From IMG/VR virus record IMGVR_UViG_3300005253_000946: a stretch of 64,000 bases of DNA; one strand, 5' to 3'. Origin of the DNA: a virus. Shown in pieces: positions 32,139 to 40,991 of this stretch; positions within the stretch are counted from its first letter, which is position 1; each line of letters starts with the position of its first letter. The notes under the pieces were generated by a model that was not told the origin of the DNA, made no database searches, and worked only from the letters and a program-made list of their open reading frames with translations. The translations under genes were made by a program, and so were the position numbers.

Positions 32139-32178
32139 TATGAGACCTACGCTGGAACCAACTCCAGTCTATCCCGCG
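32139..32178 (-). pseudogene. 5' half of an initiator-like tRNA(CAU); 3' remnant at 31726-31744
   Basis: CGCGGGA-TAGA-CTGGA-GTTGGT-TCCAG-CG-TAGGT-CTCATA, then TCTTGACA; after the HNH gene comes GGCCCCAT-TCCAGCT-ACCA. Confidence 0.7.
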
Positions 32179-32912
32179 TCTATACGTACGTAAGGTTCGC
32201 ACACAGCTAATACTTCTTCAACCTTAAATAAATCTAATCTATCATCTGTTCGTACACCAGTCTCCATATCTATCCAACCTATACCTGCTGGAGATTGTTC
32301 GAAAGCCTCTAAAATATCTGATATATTCTCTGGTGTTATTCCTCCAGCCCATCCACAATAGTGTCCAGTAATAGGTATAGGGAGTCCTTTTTCTAAAACC
32401 GATACTCCTCTACCACCACTACTGTCAAATAGAACATGGTGTCGGATATTTAAAGCTGCTGTCTTTTTCCACAGGTCTACAGTATTACTCTTATGCTGAG
32501 TGATGATATCTATCTTCCGGTTACGCATTACATCTACCCACCATGCGAATCCGGTCAGATCGTCAGGATACTTTTGAACATTTATCTGTATCCGAGAAAA
32601 TACTTCTCCCATGTAATCAGGATTGAAGCCAAAATACTTTAGCCACTGAGGGGCTGAAATTTCCTCACCTTCAACAAAAGCTTTAGCCACTGAGCCGCAA
32701 ATATGTAAAGCCAGATTTATCTTATTCTCTAACTGATAAGCCCATTTTCCTAATTCACCAATCCAATTGCTTGAAGGATACCTGTCACGTCCTTGTTTAG
32801 TGCTTATTAAAATACCCCACTCTACGAATGGGTATTTTTTAGAAAGAGCGTACATATCGGCAGAAGATACGTGATCGTCAACTCCTGTAATAGTTACTCG
32901 ATTTAGTTTCAT
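32169..32912 (-). CDS. TrpF/phosphoribosylanthranilate isomerase-like TIM-barrel protein
   Basis: VTITG, LFDSSGGRG, GWAGGITPENI, WIDMETGVR. Confidence 0.75.
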   Translation of the reverse strand: MKLNRVTITGVDDHVSSADMYALSKKYPFVEWGILISTKQGRDRYPSSNWIGELGKWAYQLENKINLALHICGSVAKAFVEGEEISAPQWLKYFGFNPDYMGEVFSRIQINVQKYPDDLTGFAWWVDVMRNRKIDIITQHKSNTVDLWKKTAALNIRHHVLFDSSGGRGVSVLEKGLPIPITGHYCGWAGGITPENISDILEAFEQSPAGIGWIDMETGVRTDDRLDLFKVEEVLAVCEPYVRIDAG

Positions 32913-33094
32913 TTTTTGTCCTTCAGGATCGTATCTGGATAGTCTATAAAAATAAATTCCTGATCATCTGGTAGTGTAGGTATTGAATGTAGAGATCTGG
33001 GTTGAATAGCAGTTACAACAGTTACATTATACTTTTTTACTAGTTCACGTAACTCCTGGAAAACTTCAGCTTGTTTTTTATATGACATTTTGTA

Positions 33095-33391
33095 CTATCC
33101 CGCATTCACATCTATTGAAGCTATAGCCCATATTGCTGTTAGAGCTACATCTGCTAACTCGTGTTTTACTTTTTCTTCGTCATTAGAGTGGACTGCTTTA
33201 ACTAATTCGTATATTTCCTCTATTAAGATTCCCAGTGCTTCGTGTTTGTTAATAAAAGCTCCACGACCATGTTTCATCTTAGCTTTATGGAGAATCTCAT
33301 TTACAAACCTTTCTGCATCACCTTGGTCTTCGTAAGTAATATGTTTTCTTAGTTCTCCCGGTTCTTGATTCATTTTATCGTTCCGATCCAA
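33095..33391 (-). CDS. MazG-like nucleotide pyrophosphohydrolase
   Basis: HEALGILIEEIYEL...KHELADVA. Confidence 0.75.
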   Translation of the reverse strand: MDRNDKMNQEPGELRKHITYEDQGDAERFVNEILHKAKMKHGRGAFINKHEALGILIEEIYELVKAVHSNDEEKVKHELADVALTAIWAIASIDVNAG

Positions 33392-33605
33392 ATTGTATGT
33401 TTAAGAGATTATGTAATGTTTTTGCTTCTAGGGTACTCATCATCACTTGCCCACAAACATGCGTATAACTGGTGTCCTCTATAAAGGTTCCATTCTCCAT
33501 CTTAAAGTCGATACATATACCTGGTTGATTGTCACTAGGAATATTGGCTATTCCTATATTGTCAACTGCCTTGAGTGTAATCACTTTGTATTTCCTTAAA
33601 ATTGC

Positions 33606-33683
33606 TGGTCCACTAGATTGGATTTGAACCAATGACCGCTCGGTTATCAGCCGAGTGCTCGAACCAGACTGAGCTTCTAGTGG
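33606..33683 (-). tRNA. tRNA-Ile(GAU)
   Basis: CTCGG-CTGATAA-CCGAG. Confidence 0.93.
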
Positions 33684-33697
33684 TTATATAATTGTGG

Positions 33698-33859
33698 TTA
33701 TTTTACTTTAAATTTGGAAGTTACTTCTGCTCTCTCAACAGTTGCTGGATTAAAACATTCAGGACACATAACGACACCATCTCGTTCGGCCTGCTTTATG
33801 TCTACCTCAAATTTATGTCCGTTTATACACTTAGCCTGCATTGTTACTTTCTGATTCAT
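33698..33859 (-). CDS. 53-aa Zn-ribbon protein (not in the ORF track)
   Basis: AAGGAG RBS; MNQKVTMQAKCINGH...CPECF...KFKVK. Confidence 0.7.
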   Translation of the reverse strand: MNQKVTMQAKCINGHKFEVDIKQAERDGVVMCPECFNPATVERAEVTSKFKVK

Positions 33860-34470
33860 TTTCACTCCTTCGGAATTAGCTTCTAGTGGCCGTGAAATAA
33901 TATTATCATGGAATTGTTATCTATTCCATGCTTGTAGGCTATCTTACTGAAGGCCTCTTCATCATAGGCTAGAGCTTTACCGTCTGCTTCCCGTTCCTTG
34001 TTGGTGGTGATCATACCTTGTATCTCTGCAAAAGCTTCTACGCTTGCGGCGACTACATAGGCTGCTTTCTGTTCATCTGTCATAATGTTCTCCTTAAATG
34101 AATGCTGGGCGTTCCTTCGAGTGTTCTAAAACAATGCATCACGCGGTCCGGTACTGTGTGTGTAATCAAGACTCGAAAGCCTTGTTAGCACTACCACAGA
34201 AGGTGACCGATGTAATAGGATATACCCTTGTTTGGGGTCTGGTACTTCCTTCTCAGTGATCCAACGAAATGCTATCTGGATGCCCCGGTTCTCTGTAATT
34301 AACGCTACCTCTTCAGCAGTATTTAGGTCGATGAAGCAGTCATCGGGAACGTCAGCAGATGTGAAATTCCTAGCTAACTGTTCCTCCCCTACTATGTCTA
34401 AGGTCAGCGAACCGTAATGATTGTTGTACTGTGTTGTATTTTCCACTTTAATTCTCCTTTAAGTATTGCT

Positions 34471-35305
34471 TGGTGCCCTAGGAGGGATTTGTTAGGTGTT
34501 TTTCTTTTTTCTTTATGATATAAAGGTAACATGAAGACGTATAAAATTCGACAATTTATAGAAAATCCTAAATTGCTATCTCAATTTAAATCCAGGGAAG
34601 TTGTTCCTATGCTTTGTGAGTATTGTAGAAAAGATGCTTCAGCTAGAAAGAATAGAGTACAGTCGAAGATTAACCATGGATTTAAGAATCGTTTCTGCTC
34701 TTCATCTTGTTCTATAAAATATCAAGTAGTAAGTAAGGGATTAGAATTAACCAAAGAGTATTATTGTGTTAAGTGTAAGAAAGTGTTTAAGAGAATCTTT
34801 TCACAGAGTATCAGATCAAAAAACTGCTTCTGCTCAAAATCGTGTGCGGCAAAGTATAATAATGCTCATAAGTCTTACGGCATTCGTAGATCTAAGTTGG
34901 AAATTTGGTTAGAGCGACGTCTTGTTGAACTATATCCTGATTTAGAGATTCTCTTTAATTATAAGAAAATTATTGAATCTGAACTTGATATTTATATCCC
35001 TTCTCTAAATCTAGCTTTTGAGATAAATGGTATTTTTCATTATAAACCTATCTTTGGTCAAGAAAAGTTAGAGCAGATCCAAACTAATGATTCTAAGAAG
35101 AGTAGTCGATGTACTCAAGAAAATATATCTTTACTTATTATTAACTGTTCAAAACTTACGCACTTTAAGGTAAAGGAGTTTTACAAGTATTTAGGGATTA
35201 TCGAATACCATATAAATATCTTAGTAGATCTATTTGGTAGTCAAGATAGTCCCCGACATGTGGCTTCGTAATCATATGCTACTATCCGGGCTGAGCTACT
35301 AGGGC
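34471..35305 (-). pseudogene. tRNA-Arg(ACG) split by a 759-bp insertion (5' part 35251-35305, 3' part 34471-34491)
   Basis: GCCCTAG...TTACGAA...GTCGGGG, then insert, then CAAATCCCTC-CTAGGGC-ACCA; the acceptor strands are perfectly complementary. Confidence 0.85.
34531..35271 (+). CDS. Vsr/DUF559-like (PD-(D/E)xK) homing endonuclease with Zn-ribbons
   Basis: CEYC, FCSSSC, CVKC, FCSKSC; SKLE...ELDIYIPSLNLAFEINGIFHY. Confidence 0.85.
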   Translation: MKTYKIRQFIENPKLLSQFKSREVVPMLCEYCRKDASARKNRVQSKINHGFKNRFCSSSCSIKYQVVSKGLELTKEYYCVKCKKVFKRIFSQSIRSKNCFCSKSCAAKYNNAHKSYGIRRSKLEIWLERRLVELYPDLEILFNYKKIIESELDIYIPSLNLAFEINGIFHYKPIFGQEKLEQIQTNDSKKSSRCTQENISLLIINCSKLTHFKVKEFYKYLGIIEYHINILVDLFGSQDSPRHVAS

Positions 35306-35752
35306 GTTATTGTTTAAGGAAAGATACAGTAGCACGGAATCCATTTGTCGCTGGATTCACACTTATATTCTTCGACTGCTTCAGTATCTGTACTACTTAG
35401 AAATTCTCTACAATACTCCGTAGTACAAAAACCTTCTCCAAGAAATTCTTCAGGGACAGCATGGAAGCCGTTTCCTTCTGGATCTATGGACATTATAACT
35501 TCTTTGTCTTGATCCAGTTCTTGTAGTTGCTTTATAAATTCGCTTAATTTCATAGTGTTCTCCTATAATTGTTCTGCCTACTACCCTGACGAACCGCTGC
35601 TCTGTAGGCATAATTCTTCAAGGTAATCAATAAGGGCTATACCGTCGGAATAGTCGGCTTCTCCTTTAAATAGCTTGCTAACATAGTCAGCTGCGGCTGC
35701 CTTAGCCTTTTTCTCTTGTTCTGTCATGTTCCTGTTTCCTTTGTATAATTGC

Positions 35753-35849
35753 TGGCGGAAGGAGTGGGATTCGAACCCTACACGGCTTTTACACCTAACG
35801 GTTTTCAAAACCGCATCCGGTAACCAGCAATCTTTCGGATTATCCTTCC
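35753..35849 (-). tRNA. tRNA-Ser(UGA) with an enlarged D arm
   Basis: GCGGT-TTTGAAA-ACCGT; 97 nt; G73. Confidence 0.85.
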
Positions 35850-36118
35850 GCTGTTATATTAAACTGCTGCTTGAAGTGTTTCTAATGAATTAAAAGGCCC
35901 TACCCAAGGAGTTTTTTTGTCCTGAATCATTTCAAAGGTTGCCACCATTGCGTCTATGTCTGGCAGGCTTTTAAAATCTTTGTCGACTTTTACATAATAC
36001 CACCCGTTAGGGAATCGGTGAGCTTCATAGTCAGGTCCATGAAATCCTTCTTGGCAATGTATAGGGTTAGGTATTATAGGCTTCTCTGTTTGCATGTTAG
36101 TCTCCTTTAAGATTGCAG

Positions 36119-36205
36119 TGGTGGGTCAGGTTGGATTCGAACCAACGTAGGCCGAAGCCACCGGGTTTACAGCCCGGTCCTTTTGACACACTCAGGCACT
36201 GACCC
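36119..36205 (-). tRNA. tRNA-Tyr(GUA)
   Basis: CCGGG-CTGTAAA-CCCGG, long variable arm. Confidence 0.95.
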
Positions 36206-36209
36206 ACTG

Positions 36210-36286
36210 TGGTGGTCGAGACCGGAATTGAACCAGTGACACCTAGATTTTCAGTCTAGTGCTACTACCAACTGAGCTACTCGACC
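36210..36286 (-). tRNA. tRNA-Phe(GAA)
   Basis: CTAGA-CTGAAAA-TCTAG. Confidence 0.93.
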
Positions 36287-36290
36287 TCAG

Positions 36291-37130
36291 TTATTTTTTA
36301 GGGGAGTCTTCTCCGCTAGGGAGGAGTGGCTTTAAAAGTTCGACCGGGAATAAAACGACGTCGATGAGTATACCCACGACATCATCCACAACATCCTTTT
36401 CCGCCTGTTTAGGTGCAGGCTTTGAACAATCTTTTTTGAGAGTTCCATCGATACTTTCTCCAGAGGTCATATCTTCTAGGTGAGTGGTTGTACAACCGTC
36501 ACCGTAAATAATTGTGACCTCAATAGCTTTTTTGTCTTTGTAAGTTGATTTTCGTTCTTGTCTGTCTACTATGCATGTAGCTTTAGGTTTTTTCTTCTCT
36601 TCTTCTGCGTAAGCTGTTTCTATGAAGGAAGGATAATAGCTTGTTTTAATATTCTTTTCAAGGTACTCGTCAATAGGAATTGGAGTAAGCCATACTCGGC
36701 GGGTATATATGCCTACTTCTTTCTTTACGGTCAACTGAATCATTACCATATTCCCTGGGAATACTTTGACCTCTAAACGATGATCATCAGCACCTACTGG
36801 ACACTCTTCATTAGGCTTACAGCCTAAAACTATCGCAGCCGCATTTGGAGATACACCTACGAACTTTTCAGAGGCTACACGGTTAAGTTGTTCAGCTTTA
36901 CCAATACGTTCACCCCACCAACCCCAGTCTACTCCTTGCTCATAAGCTCCTTTAAAAGTACCTGTACCAAGAATACCTGTACTTACGAGGACAGCAAGTA
37001 TCTGCCATAGGGAGGCTTTTTTAAGCTTAGATAAACTGAGAAGCGCCTTGGCGGTAGAGTTGCCAGCGACTAAACCTTCTAGTTCGTCAATAGCTTCATC
37101 TTCTTTTTTCTTTTTCTTTTTGGTAGGCAT
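36291..37130 (-). CDS. predicted membrane-anchored protein
   Basis: hydrophobic segment LWQILAVLVSTGILGTG; 279 aa. Confidence 0.55.
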   Translation of the reverse strand: MPTKKKKKKEDEAIDELEGLVAGNSTAKALLSLSKLKKASLWQILAVLVSTGILGTGTFKGAYEQGVDWGWWGERIGKAEQLNRVASEKFVGVSPNAAAIVLGCKPNEECPVGADDHRLEVKVFPGNMVMIQLTVKKEVGIYTRRVWLTPIPIDEYLEKNIKTSYYPSFIETAYAEEEKKKPKATCIVDRQERKSTYKDKKAIEVTIIYGDGCTTTHLEDMTSGESIDGTLKKDCSKPAPKQAEKDVVDDVVGILIDVVLFPVELLKPLLPSGEDSPKK

Positions 37131-37254
37131 CTCATAGACCTTTGTGGTTTAAGTTCTACTGAGATGATAATACTATAACTAGTGAGTTGTCTATAAAGAG
37201 AAAAGGACTTGGTTGTTACACCAAGCCCTTCTCTATGTAAGTTTACTGAATAAG

Positions 37255-37716
37255 TTATTCAGCAGCCGGTGCTTTTTCCGCTCCAGTGACGTTCTGAAGT
37301 CCGTGTAGTCGTACACGATTACGGAATTTATCTAGGTCTGTTACACCCATTGCTTCCGCAGCTTTTTCTTCGTCACCTTTGAATTCTATGAGATACCCAT
37401 TCATCTTCTCCATTTCCTGCTCAAGCGACATACCTCTACGAAGAGGTACTATACGTTGCTTCCGAGCTTTCTTTGGAGGAGCTGCTTTAGCGGTCTTCCG
37501 AGCTTTGGTTTGTATAGCGTTACCTGGAATGAAGAAAACGATTTTACGCTTATCTCCTCCATTCTGGTAAGCCATATTAACTACACCGTTACCAGACGGT
37601 CCAGCAATGCTGATGATTCTTGACAGGTCTTCGTCTGCAGAGGCTTCTACAATAGCTGTAATATTAGCCCCTCTTGGGACAGACGCTAAAAGGTTTGTCA
37701 CATCTCTACTATTCAT
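37255..37716 (-). CDS. protein with a C-terminal Fis-like HTH
   Basis: LIEFKGDEEKAAEAMGV...FRNRVRLHGL. Confidence 0.55.
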   Translation of the reverse strand: MNSRDVTNLLASVPRGANITAIVEASADEDLSRIISIAGPSGNGVVNMAYQNGGDKRKIVFFIPGNAIQTKARKTAKAAPPKKARKQRIVPLRRGMSLEQEMEKMNGYLIEFKGDEEKAAEAMGVTDLDKFRNRVRLHGLQNVTGAEKAPAAE

Positions 37717-38101
37717 TTTATTTTCCTTTAAAGGTAGTTGTGGGTTTAAGTGAGAGTTTATACATGAACTGTCTTAAAAGTAAAGAGCTGCTATCATAAC
37801 CGTATAGCCATCTGAACCATAAATAAGTCTCCGAAATACATCTTGTTTCCAGTACTATCGACCCCTGTTCCTATACAATCAACGGCGACTTTAAGCTTCT
37901 TGTACATCACATTATCGTGTGAGAACAAAGCATTGTTTCTTAATTTACCGAACTCTATACCTCTGAACTTAAATTTATGTGAAGATTTTGCTGCTTCAGC
38001 CATTAATACCTCATAATAGTTAAAAGGTTTTGGTAGTAACTAAAACGCCGCACCAGATGTTACTCCGATGCGACGCTTAGTCTCGCCAACAAATTTTTGC
38101 A

Positions 38102-38562
38102 TGGTGGAGGTGGCCGGAATCGAACCGGCTTCCGCGATCTGTTCTTCTTCTAACTTCTACGTGTGTAGTCCTTTTTTATTTCTGCTCACATTTCGATAAA
38201 GTAAAGAACCAACTATTCGAAATGCACTGCCCGTTTCAACACACCCTCGGCTTCATAAGATATCCGAAGGCAGCAGCACTTACTTAAACGGTATCGTAAG
38301 TACCGGGTGTCTTACTAGTTTTGAAGTCTAGGCAGATGTAAGACGGTATCTGTTAGTCCCTAGACTCATGCAATTCGCTTTTTTAGCCCGGTAGGTTTAA
38401 GCAGCTAGTTGCATGGGAACTTCGGCAGAACCGAAGCTCACGTTAACCACGTTGTCGTGATTGGCATTTGTGTTTTTACCCACAATTTTTAACGAGGTTT
38501 GTAGATATCCCCGACACGCTATTAGAGGTTTACTTGGTCCACGTCGAACCCAAATCACCCCC
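38102..38562 (-). ncRNA. ssrA: tmRNA
   Basis: 5' GGGGGTG-ATTTGGGTTCGAC; 3' GGTTCGATTCC-GGC-CACCTCC-ACCA with G3.U70; tag ORF ANHDNVVNVSFGSAEVPMQLAA*. Confidence 0.95.
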
Positions 38563-38597
38563 GTAGTACCCTTATAACACAAAAGACCTATAATTAC

Positions 38598-38783
38598 TTA
38601 TACGTCTTTTCCTTGAAGGGTCTTGCGGTCGTTGTCGACAGCTCTTCTAGCTGCATCGTTGACCAACTCTTTTACTTTGGCGTCTAAAGCTTCAGCTACA
38701 TCACCACCGCAGTTTAGGTCGTGCGTTTCTTTGATGTACTCTTTTACTGTTTTCGCCTTGACTAGAACTTTATCATCCGACAT
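38598..38783 (-). CDS. bacterial histone-fold protein (Bd0055/DUF1931-like)
   Basis: VLVKAKTVKEYIK...LNCGGDVAEALDAKVKELVNDAARRAVDNDRKTLQGKDV; RKT-x3-KD C-terminal motif. Confidence 0.85.
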   Translation of the reverse strand: MSDDKVLVKAKTVKEYIKETHDLNCGGDVAEALDAKVKELVNDAARRAVDNDRKTLQGKDV

Positions 38784-38800
38784 TTTCTTCTTCTCCATTT

Positions 38801-40795
38801 TTAAGGTTGAGTATCTATAAGACAAGCATCGCCGTCGCAGAACTTATCTGTCAACTCGTGTGCTTGTAGTTTAGATATGTTTAACGGCTTAATCTTTGAT
38901 ACTAGACCCTCATAAGCCTCTTTGTCTATAGTTATATAGGGTGCTTGAGGATAACCATGATCTTCTAGAGGAAGTAGAGAAACAGATTTTAGACTGGTTT
39001 CGTACATAGACAAAGCCATCGCTAGTTGACACGCTTCCTCCGGTTTAACTGTAATAGTTACACTCACTTGGTTGTCTGACCAGTATCTTTGAATACTCGC
39101 TACAAGTTCGAACTGTTCCCAAATAGTAACATCGCTCTTTGACTTAGAGAAATACTCTTCGTGAACCGGGAAGGATACTACTATCGTATTGTCATTCTGT
39201 ATTGATGGTTCTACCGGGTATCCTGCTTCTGTTAAATGAGGCAAGATAGGGGAGAACTTATCGAATCTGACATTACGAAGGTAGTATTCTGAGTGTGGAT
39301 GGTGTACTCCAGGTGTCGCTCCTACTAGTAAGCTGATAGTCCCACTAGGTTTCACACTTGTCCTTTTGATCGATGTAGGTACTCCGAGCCACCTTGAGTA
39401 GATCTTGTCCAACTCTGTTAAGTAATCATAACCCTGATCTAAACTATTCATCAGGTTTCGAAACTTAAACTTCTGTATTCCCTGAACTATCCCTGATGGA
39501 GCAGTTCCTATCCTACGATTTCTTCCTATGACAGCGTTTGTTTTAGGATTGTGTGTAGGAATTAGAGTTACGGATTTGGCGTAAAGGTATGCAAATTTGA
39601 GAGTCTCTTGCATATCTTCTAAAGAATCGTGCTTGAAGGGGTAGAACTCTACTAGGCAGCATAATTCGCCGTCCTCTAGAGATTGCTCTCCGCAAGGGTT
39701 CTGGCCGTCTACAAATATATCCCAATCACCCCAGCCATCTTTCATCCGGCCGTAATGACGAGCGTTCTCTAACCAGAAGAAGCTTGGTTCTCCGTTAGCC
39801 ATTATTCGTGGTACGAATGGCTCATAGTCCATCCCTATTGTAGCGAAGTTACAATTATTAGATGCCCAGCGATAATCCTTAAGCTCATCAGGAAACAGAT
39901 CGGGGTTCTTTAGATTGTTAAACTCTATGTCTTCTGGGAATCCTAACATTAACTCAGCTGTACGCCTGATACCTCCGGCGACCACACATTTGCCTATGTA
40001 GTTAAACAGGTCGACGATGAGGGTAGATGTAACATCCTTACCTATATAGCTAGTCAGCATCTTTATGACGGTGTTGTGGAGATCTTCTAGAGGCTCTGGA
40101 CCAGAAGCTATGCCGCCGAAGGACTTGAGAGGCATCCCGGCTTTCCGTACTTTAGAGTAATCGAATCCTGCTGGTAGTTTGGCTCCTGCACCACCGAAAG
40201 CATCAAGTATTATTTCTACAGACGCTACCCAGCCTTCTCTAGAGTCTTCTACTACAAAGATCTCCTCTGAGTGTGCTGGTTCATGCATCTTAGTAGTCCC
40301 TGCACCTCTGGTATCGCTTCCTACGCCTACCCCTAACATACTCATGTCCATAAGGAATGTGAATGGGTAGGAGAAGTGTTTTCTGATGGTTTTGGTGCTG
40401 ATAAAGCCACAGTTATTGAGGGAAGCAGCTCCTCGTTCCTCTACATATTTAGTCCCCATAGCCCATAAGCCTCTACCAGGAGGTAAAAATTTCATTGTGA
40501 AGATCAAGTCGTACATCTTCTGAGCAGATATCTGGCCTTTATTATAATTGAATTCTAGATTGAATTTGGAGCAATGTAGTATCTGTGCATAATAAGCCCC
40601 CTCTACTACCCTCTTTATAGTTTCCCACCACTCTTCAAACTTACCGTCTTCTTTCTGCCTAGAGTATGTTCTCTTGTATACCACTCCTCCTAGTGCATCG
40701 TAGCCCCATTGCGGTTTCCTCCGTTTGTAAGGTGTCAAAAACGCATCCGTCAATACCAGCCGCTTAGGTGCTGTCATTCTATAGTGTCCTTTCAT
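38801..40795 (-). CDS. nrdJ: class II (B12-dependent) ribonucleoside-triphosphate reductase
   Basis: PPGRGLW, SLNNC, NPCGEQSL, CCLVE, VKPSGTISLL, C-terminal CDGDAC. Confidence 0.95.
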   Translation of the reverse strand: MKGHYRMTAPKRLVLTDAFLTPYKRRKPQWGYDALGGVVYKRTYSRQKEDGKFEEWWETIKRVVEGAYYAQILHCSKFNLEFNYNKGQISAQKMYDLIFTMKFLPPGRGLWAMGTKYVEERGAASLNNCGFISTKTIRKHFSYPFTFLMDMSMLGVGVGSDTRGAGTTKMHEPAHSEEIFVVEDSREGWVASVEIILDAFGGAGAKLPAGFDYSKVRKAGMPLKSFGGIASGPEPLEDLHNTVIKMLTSYIGKDVTSTLIVDLFNYIGKCVVAGGIRRTAELMLGFPEDIEFNNLKNPDLFPDELKDYRWASNNCNFATIGMDYEPFVPRIMANGEPSFFWLENARHYGRMKDGWGDWDIFVDGQNPCGEQSLEDGELCCLVEFYPFKHDSLEDMQETLKFAYLYAKSVTLIPTHNPKTNAVIGRNRRIGTAPSGIVQGIQKFKFRNLMNSLDQGYDYLTELDKIYSRWLGVPTSIKRTSVKPSGTISLLVGATPGVHHPHSEYYLRNVRFDKFSPILPHLTEAGYPVEPSIQNDNTIVVSFPVHEEYFSKSKSDVTIWEQFELVASIQRYWSDNQVSVTITVKPEEACQLAMALSMYETSLKSVSLLPLEDHGYPQAPYITIDKEAYEGLVSKIKPLNISKLQAHELTDKFCDGDACLIDTQP

Positions 40796-40991
40796 ATGAG
40801 TTTAGAAAATAGAAGCCAAAGGGTAAACAGGTTATAATACGATCTACCATGCCGTCAAAGCCTCGAATCCCTTATAGCTAAAAAATAGGATTTAGTGCTA
40901 GAAGCACTGTTCTGTAGTTATAAGACATTTACTGTCTGATGTTCGCTGTTAAAAATAAATAGAACATAACCACTAACAAAAGGAGCTGAAA

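Noticed and set aside
31726-32178. Group I intron in the tRNA(CAU) anticodon loop
   Set aside because: The ORF fills nearly the whole insert, no intron core is visible, and the 3' piece lacks the anticodon 3' strand and T loop needed for a spliced tRNA.
38397-38582. 61-aa ORF ending in QLAA
   Set aside because: It is the tmRNA 5' region plus the tag reading frame, not an independent gene.
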